A DNA stretch of 64,000 nt from Podarcis melisellensis (Eukaryota), in NCBI GenBank assembly GCA_964234715.1, contig OZ174275.1; one strand, 5' to 3'. The notes beneath the pieces were generated by a model. It saw only the letters and a list, made by a program, of their open reading frames with translations. It did not search any database and was not told where the DNA came from. Positions within the stretch are counted from its first letter, which is position 1. Each line of letters begins with the position of its first letter. Made by a program: the position numbers and the translations under genes. Shown one piece after another: positions 61,890 through 64,000 of this stretch.

Positions 61890-64000
61890 TGTTGCTAAAT
61901 TATATGGTTTATTTTTAATATCAATAGCACAACACAGAGAACTGCTGGTAATAAATCAAGCCTTGGAATGGAAAGACCACCCTTTTACTACCACACATTA
62001 GAGGAAAAACAATAAAGCAAGATCACCACGCTTTGGTTTCTGAAAAAGAGCCAATTTATCTTCTCACCATTTATAAAAATGCAAGTACAAAAGGGGAATC
62101 TAACAAGTCAATGAGAGTACGTTTGCTCAGGCTGAATACTGCAAAGCCAAACCATAGTCTTTATGCCTTGTCACACTGTCAGAGGTACTAGTGAAGGCAG
62201 GAATCCTTTTCTGTCACAGGAGAGCTTAGGGCAAGAAAATATTCTCAAGGAGGAAAATGCAGCATTGCTACTCAGTGGGAGTTGTCAGCCAAATCTGTTT
62301 GGCACTTCAGATCGTTCCTCAGTAAGGCTGCAGCCAAATCCAGAGTGCAGTTTGCTGAACTGAAAGGAGGATTGTGGAGTGCTTGGAGTCTGAGAAGCAT
62401 ATTGTAGCAAGCAGGGTATCCACAAAAGAGCAATTCCATTGATGAGTAGCCTAATGTGCACGAATGTAGGAACTTGACTGTAGGAGACAAATTGTAGTGG
62501 GAGGAGGGGAACTTGCTGCAAGATATTGGTAAAATCTCTGTGGACATTCTAGCAAGCTGGCCTCTGCTCCAAATGATCCAGAAGCAGCTGTCAACTGTGT
62601 GCTTGTGCAAACTCTTTCCGTAGCCAAAGAGAGTCCTGGTAGAAACGGGGATCTCCCAAGTGCACAGCCGTCCTCTTATAGAAGTAGTAGTACAGCACAG
62701 CCACTGCAACCAATCAGAAATAAGTCACAAGCCAGCAAGGTATCAACTTTACTAATTTTCTTACATTCATCTTCACCATTATCCCCCTAGCTACACTCCC
62801 CCTGCTCCCTGTCCCATCTACTTTCTGTGGGGAAGCACAGATGGAACCAGCCTCATTGATAAATTTTAAAGCTTTGCTCAGAAGTCACAACACAGGGGAG
62901 AAATGAAACAGCCTCGTACCCATTCTCTGGAAAACAAAAAGAGTCTGCAGCCCATCTGTCCACACAAAATAGTTGGAATTTTTCCAGCGAAGGTTCTGTG
63001 GGAAAGAAATGTATGAAACATTAAAGGCAGGAAATAGACTGTTCCTCCCAGAACAACACAAAACAATACCAACCATCCTTTCAGACTTTCTTCAGTGCCC
63101 CATCTTTCTACCAAATTCCTTCAGAAACATGGCTCCCATTTTCATACTCCCAATAATTATTTATATATTTGGGAAGCAGCAACATTCCTAACTCCTTCTC
63201 TTGAAAGTTCAGAGATTACTACAATCTCAAATAAACATTCTAGAAACTATGCAACAATCCAGGACAATTAAGAAGGCCTGTGGTATCCCATTGGTGTGTC
63301 CCCTTCCTACATCCCTCTCAAGAAACCTTCCACATTTTTTCCAAGTATAGTAAACCAGGACTTATGCAATTGTATCTATAAAAATATTTTCACAGATAAA
63401 ATAAAAACCAAAAGTTGATCCACATTAAAATTAAACACAATATTTGTTGAGCTTGTTGGGAAAAAAGAGTAATGATGTTAGTTCCACTACTAGAGAGTTT
63501 CCAAAACTCATGTTCCCAGTCATAATAGGCTATTCCAAGTCTTCCTTAACAGTTAAGCAACCAGACACCACATGGAATGGATGCCAGCACTAGGAGCAGC
63601 TCAGGGAGCAAAGAAAGGTTAATCGGATCAGCGGATTTATACAGAACAACCAGACCTATTCTAGCTCTCAACAACTGATCACAGAAAATCCTCTTAAATC
63701 CTCCTGCCTCACCAAGCAAGGTTTAGGAAAGCAGTAGTATCCAACTTTCAAGCTAGATTGCTTCATCTAACTTCAAAGATGAGATATTAATTCCCTAAAT
63801 ATCAGATGACAAGATACTGGGACTTAACTACAATGTGTACCATTTTGTCCAGTGTATTCTAGGCAGGTTTACCATTTACAAATAATGGCATGCAATCTTA
63901 AAAGAAAGAGTAAAAAAAGACATGGGGAATGAAAAGGAAAATAGGTACACTAAGTTATTCAAACTGGAAATGAGGTGAGATTGAAATAAATCTATTGTTA
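61890..64000 (-). other. Possible 3' UTR of TMEM138 (no coding exon visible)
   Basis: Minus-strand AATAAA at 61908-61913 and repeat-poor sequence to the right. TMEM138 precedes TMEM216 head-to-tail in amniotes. Synteny inference only. Confidence 0.35.

Noticed and set aside
62163-63191. ORFs at the right end as TMEM138 coding exons
   Set aside because: None resembles TMEM138 or has convincing splice boundaries.

Overview
Vertebrate genomic DNA, most likely from a lacertid-type lizard (inferred from Sauria SINE, a tRNA-derived squamate SINE and Penelope-like repeats). The region is syntenic with human 11q12.2. I spliced five genes by hand; all have GT-AG introns in consistent phase. Left to right: SAXO4/PPP1R32 (minus; 10 coding exons in the window, 3' end runs off the left edge), SDHAF2 (minus; 4 exons, 155 aa), CPSF7 (plus; 8 coding exons, 460 aa, head-to-head with SDHAF2 across a CpG island), an intact 7-exon, 494-aa fascin-family gene (plus), and TMEM216 (minus; 5 exons, 141 aa). 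The last ~2 kb may be the TMEM138 3' UTR (synteny inference only). The main finding is the fascin-like gene. It sits between CPSF7 and TMEM216, where I know of no human protein-coding gene. Its intron pattern differs from FSCN1, it lacks both known FSCN1 phospho-regulatory serines, and it has an RFX-type motif upstream, as do its ciliary neighbours SAXO4 and TMEM216. Other findings: a sense-oriented minimal hammerhead ribozyme motif in a SAXO4 intron, a palindromic two-way poly(A) signal between the fascin-like gene and TMEM216, a candidate CPSF7 poison exon, and an overlapping uORF at TMEM216. Homology calls come from remembered protein sequences, not database searches.
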